DNA of 64,000 bases. Source: an uncultured Gemmatimonadales bacterium (GTDB lineage: Bacteria; Gemmatimonadota; Gemmatimonadetes; Gemmatimonadales; Gemmatimonadaceae). The DNA lies in assembly GCA_963793305.1 (NCBI GenBank), contig CAWBZV010000002.1, forward strand, positions 128,001 to 192,000, written 5' to 3'. Made by a program: the position numbers and the translations under genes. Shown one piece after another: positions 1-9,389 of this stretch; position 1 is the stretch's first letter; each line of letters opens with the position of its first letter. A model generated the notes under the pieces. The model searched no databases and was not told where the DNA came from. It was given only the letters and a program-made list of their open reading frames with translations.

Positions 1-2
1 CG

Positions 3-113
3 GCGATCAACGCCGACCCGAACACCCCGAACATTGGCCCCACCGCGCTGAACGCCAATCAGCCCACGGCGTGTCCGACTCTTACGTACTCGTCAACACC
101 GGCCGCGTGGTAA
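3..113 (+). CDS. 3' end of an upstream gene, probably a RagB/SusD-family lipoprotein (partial)
   Basis: Frame 3 reads AINADPNTPNIGPTALNANQPTACPTLTYSSTPAAW* (TAA 111-113). The Asn/Pro-rich tail with a late Cys resembles the ends of the two SusD-like proteins in the window (NNNFAAVCP, NNPNYHGCLNRNP). Confidence 0.45.
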   Translation, partial: AINADPNTPNIGPTALNANQPTACPTLTYSSTPAAW

Positions 114-592
114 CCGGTAGAGACACGCGAAAGCGCGCCGCAGTCCTGGCGCGCTTTCGCCCGTACGGCTCGCTGCTGCTGATCCTCTTCGCGGCGAGCT
201 GCTTGGATTATCGCGAGTCGCAGTCCACCCACTTCATGCCCGGTCGCGAGGTGCGGATCACGCTCACGCCGGAGGCCCGCACGACGCTCTCCAGTCAGGT
301 TGGGACGCAGGTCAAGTCGGTCACCGGCCGGCTTCGTTCCGTTGACAGCACCGGGGTCACACTCGCTATGAGCCGGACGGTGCTGATCGATGGGACCGAG
401 GCCGAGTGGAATGGGGAGGTTGTTTCTATACCGAACTCTGCCATGGCTGTCGTCGAGCAACGCAAGTTCGCCAGTGGCAAGACGATCGCGCTGGTCGCGC
501 TCATCACGGGTCTCAGCGCGGCGGTCGTGGTCAGCATCGGCTTGACGACCTCATCAAACGGCAGCGGAACGCAGGGAAGTATGTCCAAATGA
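71..592 (+). CDS. Hypothetical lipoprotein / membrane protein (true start probably downstream of 113)
   Basis: Lipobox-like LLLILFAASC, a small beta-rich domain and a C-terminal hydrophobic helix (IALVALITGLSAAVVVSIGL). Confidence 0.6.
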   Translation: MSDSYVLVNTGRVVTGRDTRKRAAVLARFRPYGSLLLILFAASCLDYRESQSTHFMPGREVRITLTPEARTTLSSQVGTQVKSVTGRLRSVDSTGVTLAMSRTVLIDGTEAEWNGEVVSIPNSAMAVVEQRKFASGKTIALVALITGLSAAVVVSIGLTTSSNGSGTQGSMSK

Positions 593-670
593 CCGCTCGG
601 GCCGGTCAATCTTCATGAAAATTTAATGCCGGGCGTAAGCAACGCGGCCATAAGCAATTAGTTGATGTGA

Positions 671-698
671 TACGGACTCCGTACTAACGGAGTCCGTA
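671..698. promoter_or_regulatory. Perfect 12-bp inverted repeat, likely a transcription-factor operator upstream of susC1
   Basis: TACGGACTCCGT-acta-ACGGAGTCCGTA in the intergenic region; TTGACG at 706-711 follows; GGAGG RBS before the TTG start at 863. Confidence 0.55.
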
Positions 699-862
699 CA
701 TATCCTTGACGATAGCTGGCCCGTCCCGTACGATCGCGTGGGTCAAACGCCCGTAAGTGCTCACAAACCTACTACATACATAGTCGGAGGATTGGCATCC
801 ACGTCCCTTGTCCGCTCGTCCCACCCCATCGTCCGCCCCAAGAAAAATCTGACGGAGGAACC

Positions 863-3859
863 TTGAGAATACGTTCGTCTATCCTGACGGCCGTAGCGCT
901 CGCACTCGTCGTTGTGCGAGGTGCGTCTGCGCAAGCCACGCAAGTCATTACCGGCCGCGTCGTTGACGAGGCCAACAAAGAGCCGGTCCCCGCGGTCACC
1001 ATAACGGTCACCGGCACCACGATCGGCGCCCTGACCACGGACAGCGGCCGATTCACCTTCCGCCGCGTGCCGTCCGACGCCAAGACCTTGAGCGTGCGCC
1101 GCATCGGCTACCGCGGCGTCACGGTCGCACTCGTTCCGAATCAGACCGAGTACACGATCGCGCTCACGCGCGACGTGCTGCAGCTGGAGCAGGAAGTCGT
1201 GACCGGCGTCGCCACCAGCGTGTCGTCGAAAAACGCGTCGACGTATGACCCCGTCGTGACTGGGGAGCAGCTCAACGGCGCACCCGCGGCGACGATCGAA
1301 AACGCGCTGCAAGGAAAGGTCGCCGGCGTAGAAATCGATCAGAACTCCGGCGCGCCGGGCGGTGGCCTCCAGGTCAACATTCGCGGCGTCACGTCGATCC
1401 TCGGCAACTCGGACCCGCTCTACGTCGTCGACGGCGTCATCGTCTCGAACTTCACGTTCCCGACGGGCCTCAACGCGGTCAGTCAGGCCGGGAGCAATAA
1501 CGGCGGGATGAATCCTGGCAACCAGGATCAGAGCGTCAACCGCATCGCCGACTTGAACCCGAACGACATCGAGTCGATTCAGGTGCTCCAGGGCGCCGCG
1601 GCATCCTCGATCTACGGCAGCCGCGCGGCGGCCGGTGTGATCGTCATTACGACCAAAAAGGGGACGGTCTCGAAGCCGGAGATCGACGCCACGCAAAAGT
1701 TCGGAACGTTTAACCTCGAGCACGAGCTGGACGCGCGGCACTTCACGCTCGGGCAAGCGGATGTCCTCGGTGGCGACGTCGGCCTGACGAACGCCGAGGT
1801 GGCGGCCAATTACGCCGCTTGCAAGGGATTCTGCGACTTCCAGAAATCGCTCTACGGCGGCGGCCAGCTGTCCGACGAGACGGATCTGAGCGTGCGCGGT
1901 GGATCGGGTTCGACGACGTACTACTTGGGTGGTCTCATCAAGTACGATAACGGCGCCGAGATCAATACCGGATACAACAAGCAGACTGCACGCGCCAACC
2001 TGCAGCAGTCGCTGTTTGGGACGGTGACGGCCGGCGCCGACATCGCCTACACGTCCTCGCTCACGCGGACGAACGTCAACGGCAACGACAACCTCGGCAT
2101 CGCGGGCTACGACGCGCTGTCGTACACCCCATCGTTCTTCTGCCTGAACTGCCACGTGCAGGGCGGTGGGTACGTCACGAATCCCTTCGGTCCAGCGAAC
2201 GCGTACCAGGATGCGAACAACATCCAATCGCCGGACGAGGTGAACCGGACGACGCTCTCCGGTACGGTCAACTGGAAGATGTTTACCGCCGAGAAACAGA
2301 GCCTGGAGCTGGCGCTGTTGGGCGGCGCGGACTTCGTGAACGAGCGGGTGCAGTTCTACGAGCCGCCGAACCTGCAGGTGCAGCAATCATCGCTCGTCAC
2401 GACCCCAGGCGTGGCCACGTCCAACAGCGGCTACAATCGCCTCTCGAACTACTCGGTCAGCCTGATCCACCGCTGGACACCGAGCGGCCTGATCGGGGCA
2501 ACGACGTCGATCGGCTTCACGCGCGACAAGAATGCGACGTACCAGGCGGTCGATGCCGCCCAAGGTCTGGTGGTCGGTAACCTGTCGCCGACCAGTGGAA
2601 CGGTCCAGAACCTGTACAACTTCCAGACCGAATCCAACAACACGTCATTCTACGGCCAGGAGCAGCTGCTGCTGTTCAATGAGCGCTTGTCGTTGACCGG
2701 CGGTGTCAACGCCGAACGCAGCACGAACAACGGCAACGTCAACAAGTTCTACGCGTATCCGAAGGTCGCTGGATCGTACCGGGTCTTCACCGGTGACAAC
2801 GAGCTCAAGGTCCGCGCCGCGTACGGAGAGTCGGGCAACCTGCCGGTCTACGGCGTGCGGTTCAATACGATTCTCTCCACGAACTACCAAGGCATCTCCG
2901 GCCTCACACCCAATGAAATCGCCGGTGATCCCAATGTGCGCCCGGAAACGAACACCAGCATCGAGACGGGCTTCGACCTCACGCTGTTCAAGGGGCGGGC
3001 CGGCCTCAATGCGACGATTTTCCAGAAGCGCATCACCAACCTGCTCCTGCCGCAGAGCGTCCTGCCGTCGTCCGGCTTCCAGCAAGCCTACCTCAATGGC
3101 GGCCAGTTGACGAACCAGGGACTCGAGTTGGGGATGTCCGCGACTCCGGTTCAGGTGGGGCACTTCACGTGGAGCATGAACGGGACCTTCACCCGCGTCT
3201 ACGACCGGGTCGACAATCTGCCGGTCCCACCCTTCGAGGCCGGCCAATTCTTCGGCTACTTCCCATTCGGCGGCTACTATATCCAACCGGGCGCTTCGGT
3301 GAACGGGATCTACGGATATCCCAACGCCGCGGCCGGGGCGTCGGCAACGCTGGCGCAGATGGGGAACGCACAGCCGGCGTTCGTTACCACGTTCGGCAAC
3401 GATCTGACCCTCGGTCCGCTCCACGTGCACGTGCTCTTCGACTGGCGCCTCGGTCAATCGGTTGCTGATCTGACCGAGCAGTACTGGGATGGCGCTTACA
3501 GTGGATTCGGACTGCCGTTCTCGTTCGGGAACTTGGCCGACACGACGGCGACGAAGCAGCACTACGGCGAGATTGGCCAAGGCATTACCGCATACGTGCA
3601 GCGCGCATCATTCCTCAAGCTGCGCGAGCTGACGGCGAGATACGACCTCCCGAACACCTTCATCGCCAGTGTCGGCCACGGTTTCGTGCGGAACGCCGCG
3701 ATCACCATCACCGGCCGCAATCTCGTGACTTGGACGAAGTATCCCGGACTGGATCCCGAAGTCAGCAACTTCGGCACCCAGCAGCTCGGACGTGGCCAGG
3801 ATGTCACGCCCTATCCGCCGACGCGGAGCTATTTCGTCTCCCTCGACCTGGGCTTCTGA
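863..3859 (+). CDS. susC: SusC/RagA-family TonB-linked outer-membrane transporter
   Basis: Signal peptide, CarboxypepD_reg-like N-domain, plug motifs (LQGKVAGV, PLYVVDG, DIESIQVLQGAAASSIYGSRAAAGVIVITTKKG), FLKLREL, GLDPEV and a C-terminal Phe. Confidence 0.95.
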   Translation: MRIRSSILTAVALALVVVRGASAQATQVITGRVVDEANKEPVPAVTITVTGTTIGALTTDSGRFTFRRVPSDAKTLSVRRIGYRGVTVALVPNQTEYTIALTRDVLQLEQEVVTGVATSVSSKNASTYDPVVTGEQLNGAPAATIENALQGKVAGVEIDQNSGAPGGGLQVNIRGVTSILGNSDPLYVVDGVIVSNFTFPTGLNAVSQAGSNNGGMNPGNQDQSVNRIADLNPNDIESIQVLQGAAASSIYGSRAAAGVIVITTKKGTVSKPEIDATQKFGTFNLEHELDARHFTLGQADVLGGDVGLTNAEVAANYAACKGFCDFQKSLYGGGQLSDETDLSVRGGSGSTTYYLGGLIKYDNGAEINTGYNKQTARANLQQSLFGTVTAGADIAYTSSLTRTNVNGNDNLGIAGYDALSYTPSFFCLNCHVQGGGYVTNPFGPANAYQDANNIQSPDEVNRTTLSGTVNWKMFTAEKQSLELALLGGADFVNERVQFYEPPNLQVQQSSLVTTPGVATSNSGYNRLSNYSVSLIHRWTPSGLIGATTSIGFTRDKNATYQAVDAAQGLVVGNLSPTSGTVQNLYNFQTESNNTSFYGQEQLLLFNERLSLTGGVNAERSTNNGNVNKFYAYPKVAGSYRVFTGDNELKVRAAYGESGNLPVYGVRFNTILSTNYQGISGLTPNEIAGDPNVRPETNTSIETGFDLTLFKGRAGLNATIFQKRITNLLLPQSVLPSSGFQQAYLNGGQLTNQGLELGMSATPVQVGHFTWSMNGTFTRVYDRVDNLPVPPFEAGQFFGYFPFGGYYIQPGASVNGIYGYPNAAAGASATLAQMGNAQPAFVTTFGNDLTLGPLHVHVLFDWRLGQSVADLTEQYWDGAYSGFGLPFSFGNLADTTATKQHYGEIGQGITAYVQRASFLKLRELTARYDLPNTFIASVGHGFVRNAAITITGRNLVTWTKYPGLDPEVSNFGTQQLGRGQDVTPYPPTRSYFVSLDLGF

Positions 3860-3862
3860 CCG

Positions 3863-5353
3863 ATGAGAGCATATTTCAAACTGATTCCCCTGACCGTTGC
3901 TGGCATGGCTATCACGGCCTGCAACGAGTCGTTGGTTCCGGACTACAATCAATTGACGGCGTTCCCGCACTCCACGGCCGCGCTCCAAGTCGAGTTCACG
4001 GGCGTCTTCAGCCGCGTGCGAACCGACGTCGGTTTCTACACCCAGGCCACAGAGGGCTTCGCGCGCAACGCCGCCTACTATACGCCGTCCGAGGAGCGCT
4101 TTGTCACCGAGCTGACCGGACAGGCGCCGCTGGATGACGACAACTTCGGCGCCGGGGTATGGGACATCGAATACAACGCGGTCAAGGTGGCCGACACGGT
4201 TCAGGGGATTCTTCCCACCATTACCGTGAATGGCTCGCCCATCGCCGCCGCGAATCTCCATGCCTTGGAGGGCGTGGTCGAGACGACCAAGGCGATGGAC
4301 TACATGTACATCGAATTGGCTCACGACACGAACGGCACGGCGATAGGCGCGCCCGGCCAGCCGTACACGGGAACGCTGGCGCCGATTCTCTGCGCCACCG
4401 ATTCCTGGAAAGCGATCGTCGCCATGCTCGACTCGGCCAAAGCGGATCTCGATGCGGCCGGGGCGTCGACCACGATGGCTATTCCTGGCACCAGTTTCAA
4501 ACTGACGATGCCGCCCACCTATTCCGCGCTGGGCAACACGGCGGGCGGATTCGAGGGGCTGACGCTGGCCTTGAGGGCACGCGCGCGCATCGAGCTCGCG
4601 TACGCGATCGCGCGCCGCAGCGCGGCCACGGCGCCGTCCACGACCTCGGCCGGTTCGCCGGACCAGAGCCAGCTCGATTCGGCGATCACCGATATCCTGG
4701 CATCGTCGCTCTACACCCCGACGCTGTCAGCGTCTGAAGCCGTCGCGGCGAACGATCTCGGCGTGTTCCTCGACTTCAGTTCCGCATCCGGCGATATCAC
4801 CAATCCGATCTTCGGCAATGCGGGCGGCACCTTCGCGTTGGAGGGCGCCGCGCAGCAGATCGACACGGTGAATGACCAACGGTTCCTGGCGATGTTCCAG
4901 AAAGCGCCGGCTCTGCCGACGTCGGTCGGGGCCTCATCCGCGTCGAGCTATTCGATGAACTTGAGCAACATCGGCACCAACACACCCCTTACTATCACGC
5001 GCAACATTCAGTTGCAGTTCCTCCTGGCACGGGCGTACCTCGGCACCGGTCAGACGGCCAAAGCGGCCACCATCGTCGACAATGTGCGAACGACGGTTGG
5101 CGGTCTGGCGAGCGGTCTCGGGTCGGTGAACAGCACCGACTATGTGAGCGTCCGAGACTTCTTGATGCGGGAGCTGCGGCCATCAGAGATCATGGACGGC
5201 ACAGGCGAGATGATCGTCTCCATCCGGGACTACGGTCTCATCAAGACGGACCTGACGACCTGGGGCGCCATCGATCAGCATACGACGATGGAGAACATCC
5301 CAGCCGTCGAGCGTCAGCAGCGCAACAACAACTTCGCGGCGGTGTGCCCGTAG
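3863..5353 (+). CDS. susD: RagB/SusD-like lipoprotein
   Basis: Lipobox ITAC; lies 3 bp after susC; about 500 aa; helical ALRARARIE and FLLARAYL segments. Confidence 0.8.
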   Translation: MRAYFKLIPLTVAGMAITACNESLVPDYNQLTAFPHSTAALQVEFTGVFSRVRTDVGFYTQATEGFARNAAYYTPSEERFVTELTGQAPLDDDNFGAGVWDIEYNAVKVADTVQGILPTITVNGSPIAAANLHALEGVVETTKAMDYMYIELAHDTNGTAIGAPGQPYTGTLAPILCATDSWKAIVAMLDSAKADLDAAGASTTMAIPGTSFKLTMPPTYSALGNTAGGFEGLTLALRARARIELAYAIARRSAATAPSTTSAGSPDQSQLDSAITDILASSLYTPTLSASEAVAANDLGVFLDFSSASGDITNPIFGNAGGTFALEGAAQQIDTVNDQRFLAMFQKAPALPTSVGASSASSYSMNLSNIGTNTPLTITRNIQLQFLLARAYLGTGQTAKAATIVDNVRTTVGGLASGLGSVNSTDYVSVRDFLMRELRPSEIMDGTGEMIVSIRDYGLIKTDLTTWGAIDQHTTMENIPAVERQQRNNNFAAVCP

Positions 5354-5390
5354 GCACCGCTTGGTAGTGCGTGCCGCCGGGTGCGATCCG

Positions 5391-6245
5391 TTAGTCTGGG
5401 ATCGCGCCCGGTAGCACGTAGGTCAACGGATCCACCACTTTGCCGTTGACATGCACCTCATAATGGAGGTGCGGGCCCGTAGAGAGGCCGCTGTTGCCGA
5501 TCGCCGCGATCGGCTCGCCGCGCGTGACGCGCTGGCCAACATGCACGAGCACGCGTGAGAGGTGCGCGTACTTCGTCTCCACGCCGTTGCCGTGATCGAT
5601 CTCCAGCACGAGACCATAGCCGTTCTGCGTCGTAATGCGCTCGACGGTCCCCGCGGCCGGCGCCACCACGGGCGTGCCATACGGCGCGGCGAGATCAATG
5701 CCCTCGTGCGGCCGCGCTTTGTGCAGGATCGGATGAAAGCGACTGCGGGAGAACTCACTCGACAACCATCCCGTCGTCGGCATGATCGATGGCGTCGACG
5801 CCAACCGCTCGACATTCTTCGACAGACGGTCGGACACTTCGGCGAAGCTCGCCGACAGATCGTTCGCGCGACGAATGAGGGTGTCCATGTCGACGGCAAC
5901 CATCTCTGATACCGGCGTCGTGCCGACGGAATCCGAGACGGGCAGTCCCGCGAGCAACCGCATCTGATCGCCACGCTTGGCGAGCGAGGCGATCGTGTCT
6001 TGCAGCACCGCGACGCGCTTCTGCATCACGGCCATCTCATGCGCGCGTGAGTCGAGACCCAAGATGCCCAACACGCTGCCGCGCGCGATCGAGAGGCCAA
6101 TGAGCGCGGCCGCGGCCACGACGATACCGCCCGCGAATCCAGCGCCCCATTTCGCGACGCGAACCGTCCGCTCCGACACATTGAGATGTCGGGGCGAGTC
6201 GCTCCCATGCGGGACGATGACGACGGTCCAGGTTCGCTTCATCAT
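5391..6245 (-). CDS. M23-family metallopeptidase (peptidoglycan DD-endopeptidase)
   Basis: N-terminal TM and coiled coil; HEGIDL, YAHL and STGPHLHYEV motifs. Confidence 0.93.
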   Translation of the reverse strand: MMKRTWTVVIVPHGSDSPRHLNVSERTVRVAKWGAGFAGGIVVAAAALIGLSIARGSVLGILGLDSRAHEMAVMQKRVAVLQDTIASLAKRGDQMRLLAGLPVSDSVGTTPVSEMVAVDMDTLIRRANDLSASFAEVSDRLSKNVERLASTPSIMPTTGWLSSEFSRSRFHPILHKARPHEGIDLAAPYGTPVVAPAAGTVERITTQNGYGLVLEIDHGNGVETKYAHLSRVLVHVGQRVTRGEPIAAIGNSGLSTGPHLHYEVHVNGKVVDPLTYVLPGAIPD

Positions 6246-6344
6246 GACACGTTAATCTGGAGCTTGACTTTAGGGGTCGTTGTCATATCCTGGGCGACCA
6301 TGCAATCGCTGTGACGATACTGTCCAGTTCTGTGACAGCGGAGG

Positions 6345-9300
6345 GTGGAGCATGATCTTATGAGTCGTCGGTGCAGTGAACAAGTGGTGCTGGGCAGTCT
6401 CGTGGCCTTCATACTATGGGCCACCCCGGTGTGGTCCCAGCGGGCCGTCATTACTGGACGAGTAACCGACGCGGAATCGAACGCTGGCGTCGTGGCCGCC
6501 CAGGTTCGGGTCCCCGGCACGACCTTCGGGACGGTCACGCATACCGACGGCACGTTTCGCTTGGTCGGTGTGGCCGCCGGGCCCGTCACACTCCGGGCGC
6601 TCCGACTCGGCTACCTGGAGTTGACCAAAACTCTCACGGTTCCTGACAGCGGAACGGTGACGGTCGATTTCGCGCTCTCGGCCAGCAAGGTGCAGCTCGA
6701 TCAAGTCGTGATCACCGCGGCCGGGACATCCGAACGCAAACGCGAAGAGGGCATGAGCGTCGCGACGCTCTCCGCCGATTCGATCGCACCGTCGGCCGTC
6801 GCGAATTTCTCCGACGTGCTGTCGTCGCGCGAACCCGGGGTCTCCGTCCAGACGCAGTCCGGCACGACCGGCGGCGGATCGCGGATTCGCATTCGCGGAT
6901 CGAACAGCGCGTCGCTCGGCAATCAGCCGCTCCTCGTCATCGACGGCGTCCGCGTCGATAACGCGGAGTCCGATCTCTCCACGAGCGTCACCGTCGGCGG
7001 GCAAGCGCCGTCACGCTTCGATGACCTCGATCCCGAGGAGATCGAAGATATCACGATCTTGAAAGGCCCGGCCGCCTCCGCCCTCTACGGTTCGGCCGGC
7101 GCCAATGGCGTCATTCAAGTCACGACCAAGCACGGCAAAGCGGGACACACCCAGTGGGATGCGCGCGGCGAGTATGGCTCCGTCCGCAACTACACTGAGA
7201 TGCCAGCCAACTATGGTCGCAACGGCATCAACACGGCGGATGGCTCGTCGACGTCCTTCTGTACGCTCGAATTGCAGGGAGAAGGCTCGTGCACGCCGAC
7301 GGGCCCCAATGGCGGCTTGTTCTCTTTCAATCCCCTGACAACGTATTCACCATTCATTGCCGGCTATCGCCAGGGCTATGGTGGCTCGGTCTCTGGTGGC
7401 AGCGACCTCGCCAGCTTCTTTGGGAGCGGCGACTATTACAAAGAACAGGGCGTCTACCCGAATAACACCGTCGAGCGCGCCAATGTTCGCGCCAACGTCC
7501 ACACGACGTTGAGCCCGAAATTTGATGGCTCGGTGAATATTGGATATCTGGCGGGCGTCCTCGGCCTGCCGCAAAACGACAATGCATCGTTCGGTGTCTT
7601 GAGTGGTGGGTTGCTCGGACAGCCGACCAACGATTCGGTCACGCATGGGTTTTCTTCCGGCGTGACACCGGCGAAGCTCGCGTCGTTCACCACACAGCAA
7701 CAAACCGATCGCTTTACCATGGGCGCCACGGGCAACTGGCACCCGCTCTCCTGGTTCTCGCTGATCAACACCGCGGGCCTCGACTATAGCTCGATCTTCG
7801 ATGTCGTCGACTTGCCGCCCAACGTCTTCCCGACCGGGAGTCAGCTCGGCGGGGGCGAAGCGCAAGACAACCCATTCAAGCACTACACCTGGACCGTCAC
7901 CAGCACGGGCTCGGCGCAATACCCGATCAGCACCGATCTCAAGGGCACGTCGTCACTCGGCATGCAGTTCGTCGAGAGCGTGACCAACGGCGTGCAAGCG
8001 AATTGCCTCACGCAAGTGCCGGGCACGAGCACGCTCGCGGGCTGCACCACGAACCTTTCGCTGCCGTTCGCCCTCCAGCCCACTGACGTGCAGGAAGGTG
8101 GCTTCGCGCAGCAGCAGATCCAGTGGCGCGACAAAGTGTTTCTCACCGGCGCGCTGCGCGGTGACGAAGTCAGCTCCGAGGGCGTGAACGTCGGCATCCA
8201 GTGGTACCCATCAGTCAGTCTCTCATGGGTGATAGGCGAAGAGCCGTTCTTCCCGAAAACGGATCTCGTCAGTTCGCTCCGATTGAGAGCGGCGTTCGGG
8301 GAGTCCGGCCAGTTCCCGACGTTCGGGCAGGATCGCTCGGCGGAGGCCGCGCGCGCGACCAAGAAGCTCGGGTCCGACCAAGCGGCCGTGTTCGACAGCA
8401 CGTTCGGCAACCCGAACCTCACGCCCGAGCGCACGAGCGAGTTCGAGGGTGGGCTCGACGCCGGATTCTGGCGCGACAAAATCAATCTCGAGGCGACGGT
8501 CTACCAGAAGCGCACGAGCCAGGCCCTCGTGCAACGCACGCTCGCGCCCTCGACCGGCGCGGACGAGCAGTTCGTGAACCTGGGATTGGTCCAGAACCAA
8601 GGATTCGAGTTGGGGCTGAACGCGACGCTCATCGACACGCGTCCGTTCCGGGCCGACGTCACCGCGAACGCGTCGGTGAACCACAACAAGCTGCTCAGGC
8701 TTGGCAACGGCATCGCGCCGATCACGTTCGACGCCGGCAACGCCTCCGACACCCAAGGCTTCTATCAAGGCTATCCGCTCGGCGGATTCTGGTCCTATCA
8801 CTACACCTACAAGGACGCGAACCACGACGGGATCATCGAGGCGAGCGAGATCAACGTCGACCAAAGCCACCTGATCTTCTACGGCAACTCGCAGCCGTCC
8901 GACGAGTACTCGATCAGTCCCGAGATCGTAATCTTCAAGTTCTTGAAGATCTCGTCGGTCTTCGACCGGCACGCCGGCGTGTTGACGTACGACGGCACCG
9001 AAGAGTTCCGCTGCGGCTTCGCCTTCCAGATCTGTCCCGAGCTGTATCTCAAGAGCACGCCGCTCAAGTGGCAGGCCGCGGCCGTCTCGTCCGGCCTTGG
9101 GTTGAGTGACGCGGGATGGTACGAGGACGGCTCGTTCTGGAAATGGCGCGAGCTCACCGTCACCGTCTCGGCGCCAAAGTCTTGGGCCCACCGGATCGGC
9201 GCCGCCGATCTCGCGTTCTCCGTGTCCGGTCGCAATCTGGCCACCTGGACCAACTACAAGGGGTTCGACCCCGAGATCAACTTCGGGTACAACGGCGGCA

Positions 9301-9389
9301 ACACGTCCCAGAACAACTTCACTTCGTCTGACTTCTTGACGCAGCCTCCGGTGCGCTATTGGACGGGGCGGGTGAACGTCACATGGTGA
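6345..9389 (+). CDS. susC: SusC/RagA-family TonB-linked outer-membrane transporter
   Basis: RIRIRG, PLLVIDGV, EIEDITILKGPAASALYGSAGANGVIQVTTKHG, GNPNLTPERT, FWKWREL, GFDPE and a C-terminal Trp. Confidence 0.95.
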   Translation: MEHDLMSRRCSEQVVLGSLVAFILWATPVWSQRAVITGRVTDAESNAGVVAAQVRVPGTTFGTVTHTDGTFRLVGVAAGPVTLRALRLGYLELTKTLTVPDSGTVTVDFALSASKVQLDQVVITAAGTSERKREEGMSVATLSADSIAPSAVANFSDVLSSREPGVSVQTQSGTTGGGSRIRIRGSNSASLGNQPLLVIDGVRVDNAESDLSTSVTVGGQAPSRFDDLDPEEIEDITILKGPAASALYGSAGANGVIQVTTKHGKAGHTQWDARGEYGSVRNYTEMPANYGRNGINTADGSSTSFCTLELQGEGSCTPTGPNGGLFSFNPLTTYSPFIAGYRQGYGGSVSGGSDLASFFGSGDYYKEQGVYPNNTVERANVRANVHTTLSPKFDGSVNIGYLAGVLGLPQNDNASFGVLSGGLLGQPTNDSVTHGFSSGVTPAKLASFTTQQQTDRFTMGATGNWHPLSWFSLINTAGLDYSSIFDVVDLPPNVFPTGSQLGGGEAQDNPFKHYTWTVTSTGSAQYPISTDLKGTSSLGMQFVESVTNGVQANCLTQVPGTSTLAGCTTNLSLPFALQPTDVQEGGFAQQQIQWRDKVFLTGALRGDEVSSEGVNVGIQWYPSVSLSWVIGEEPFFPKTDLVSSLRLRAAFGESGQFPTFGQDRSAEAARATKKLGSDQAAVFDSTFGNPNLTPERTSEFEGGLDAGFWRDKINLEATVYQKRTSQALVQRTLAPSTGADEQFVNLGLVQNQGFELGLNATLIDTRPFRADVTANASVNHNKLLRLGNGIAPITFDAGNASDTQGFYQGYPLGGFWSYHYTYKDANHDGIIEASEINVDQSHLIFYGNSQPSDEYSISPEIVIFKFLKISSVFDRHAGVLTYDGTEEFRCGFAFQICPELYLKSTPLKWQAAAVSSGLGLSDAGWYEDGSFWKWRELTVTVSAPKSWAHRIGAADLAFSVSGRNLATWTNYKGFDPEINFGYNGGNTSQNNFTSSDFLTQPPVRYWTGRVNVTW

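Noticed and set aside
761..2386. Long antisense and alternate-frame ORFs (761-2386, also 21876-23675, 24242-25903, 40757-42208, 44025-45215, 20191-21510)
   Set aside because: They are shadows of well-supported genes in high-GC DNA, with Arg/Ala-rich composition and no family motifs.
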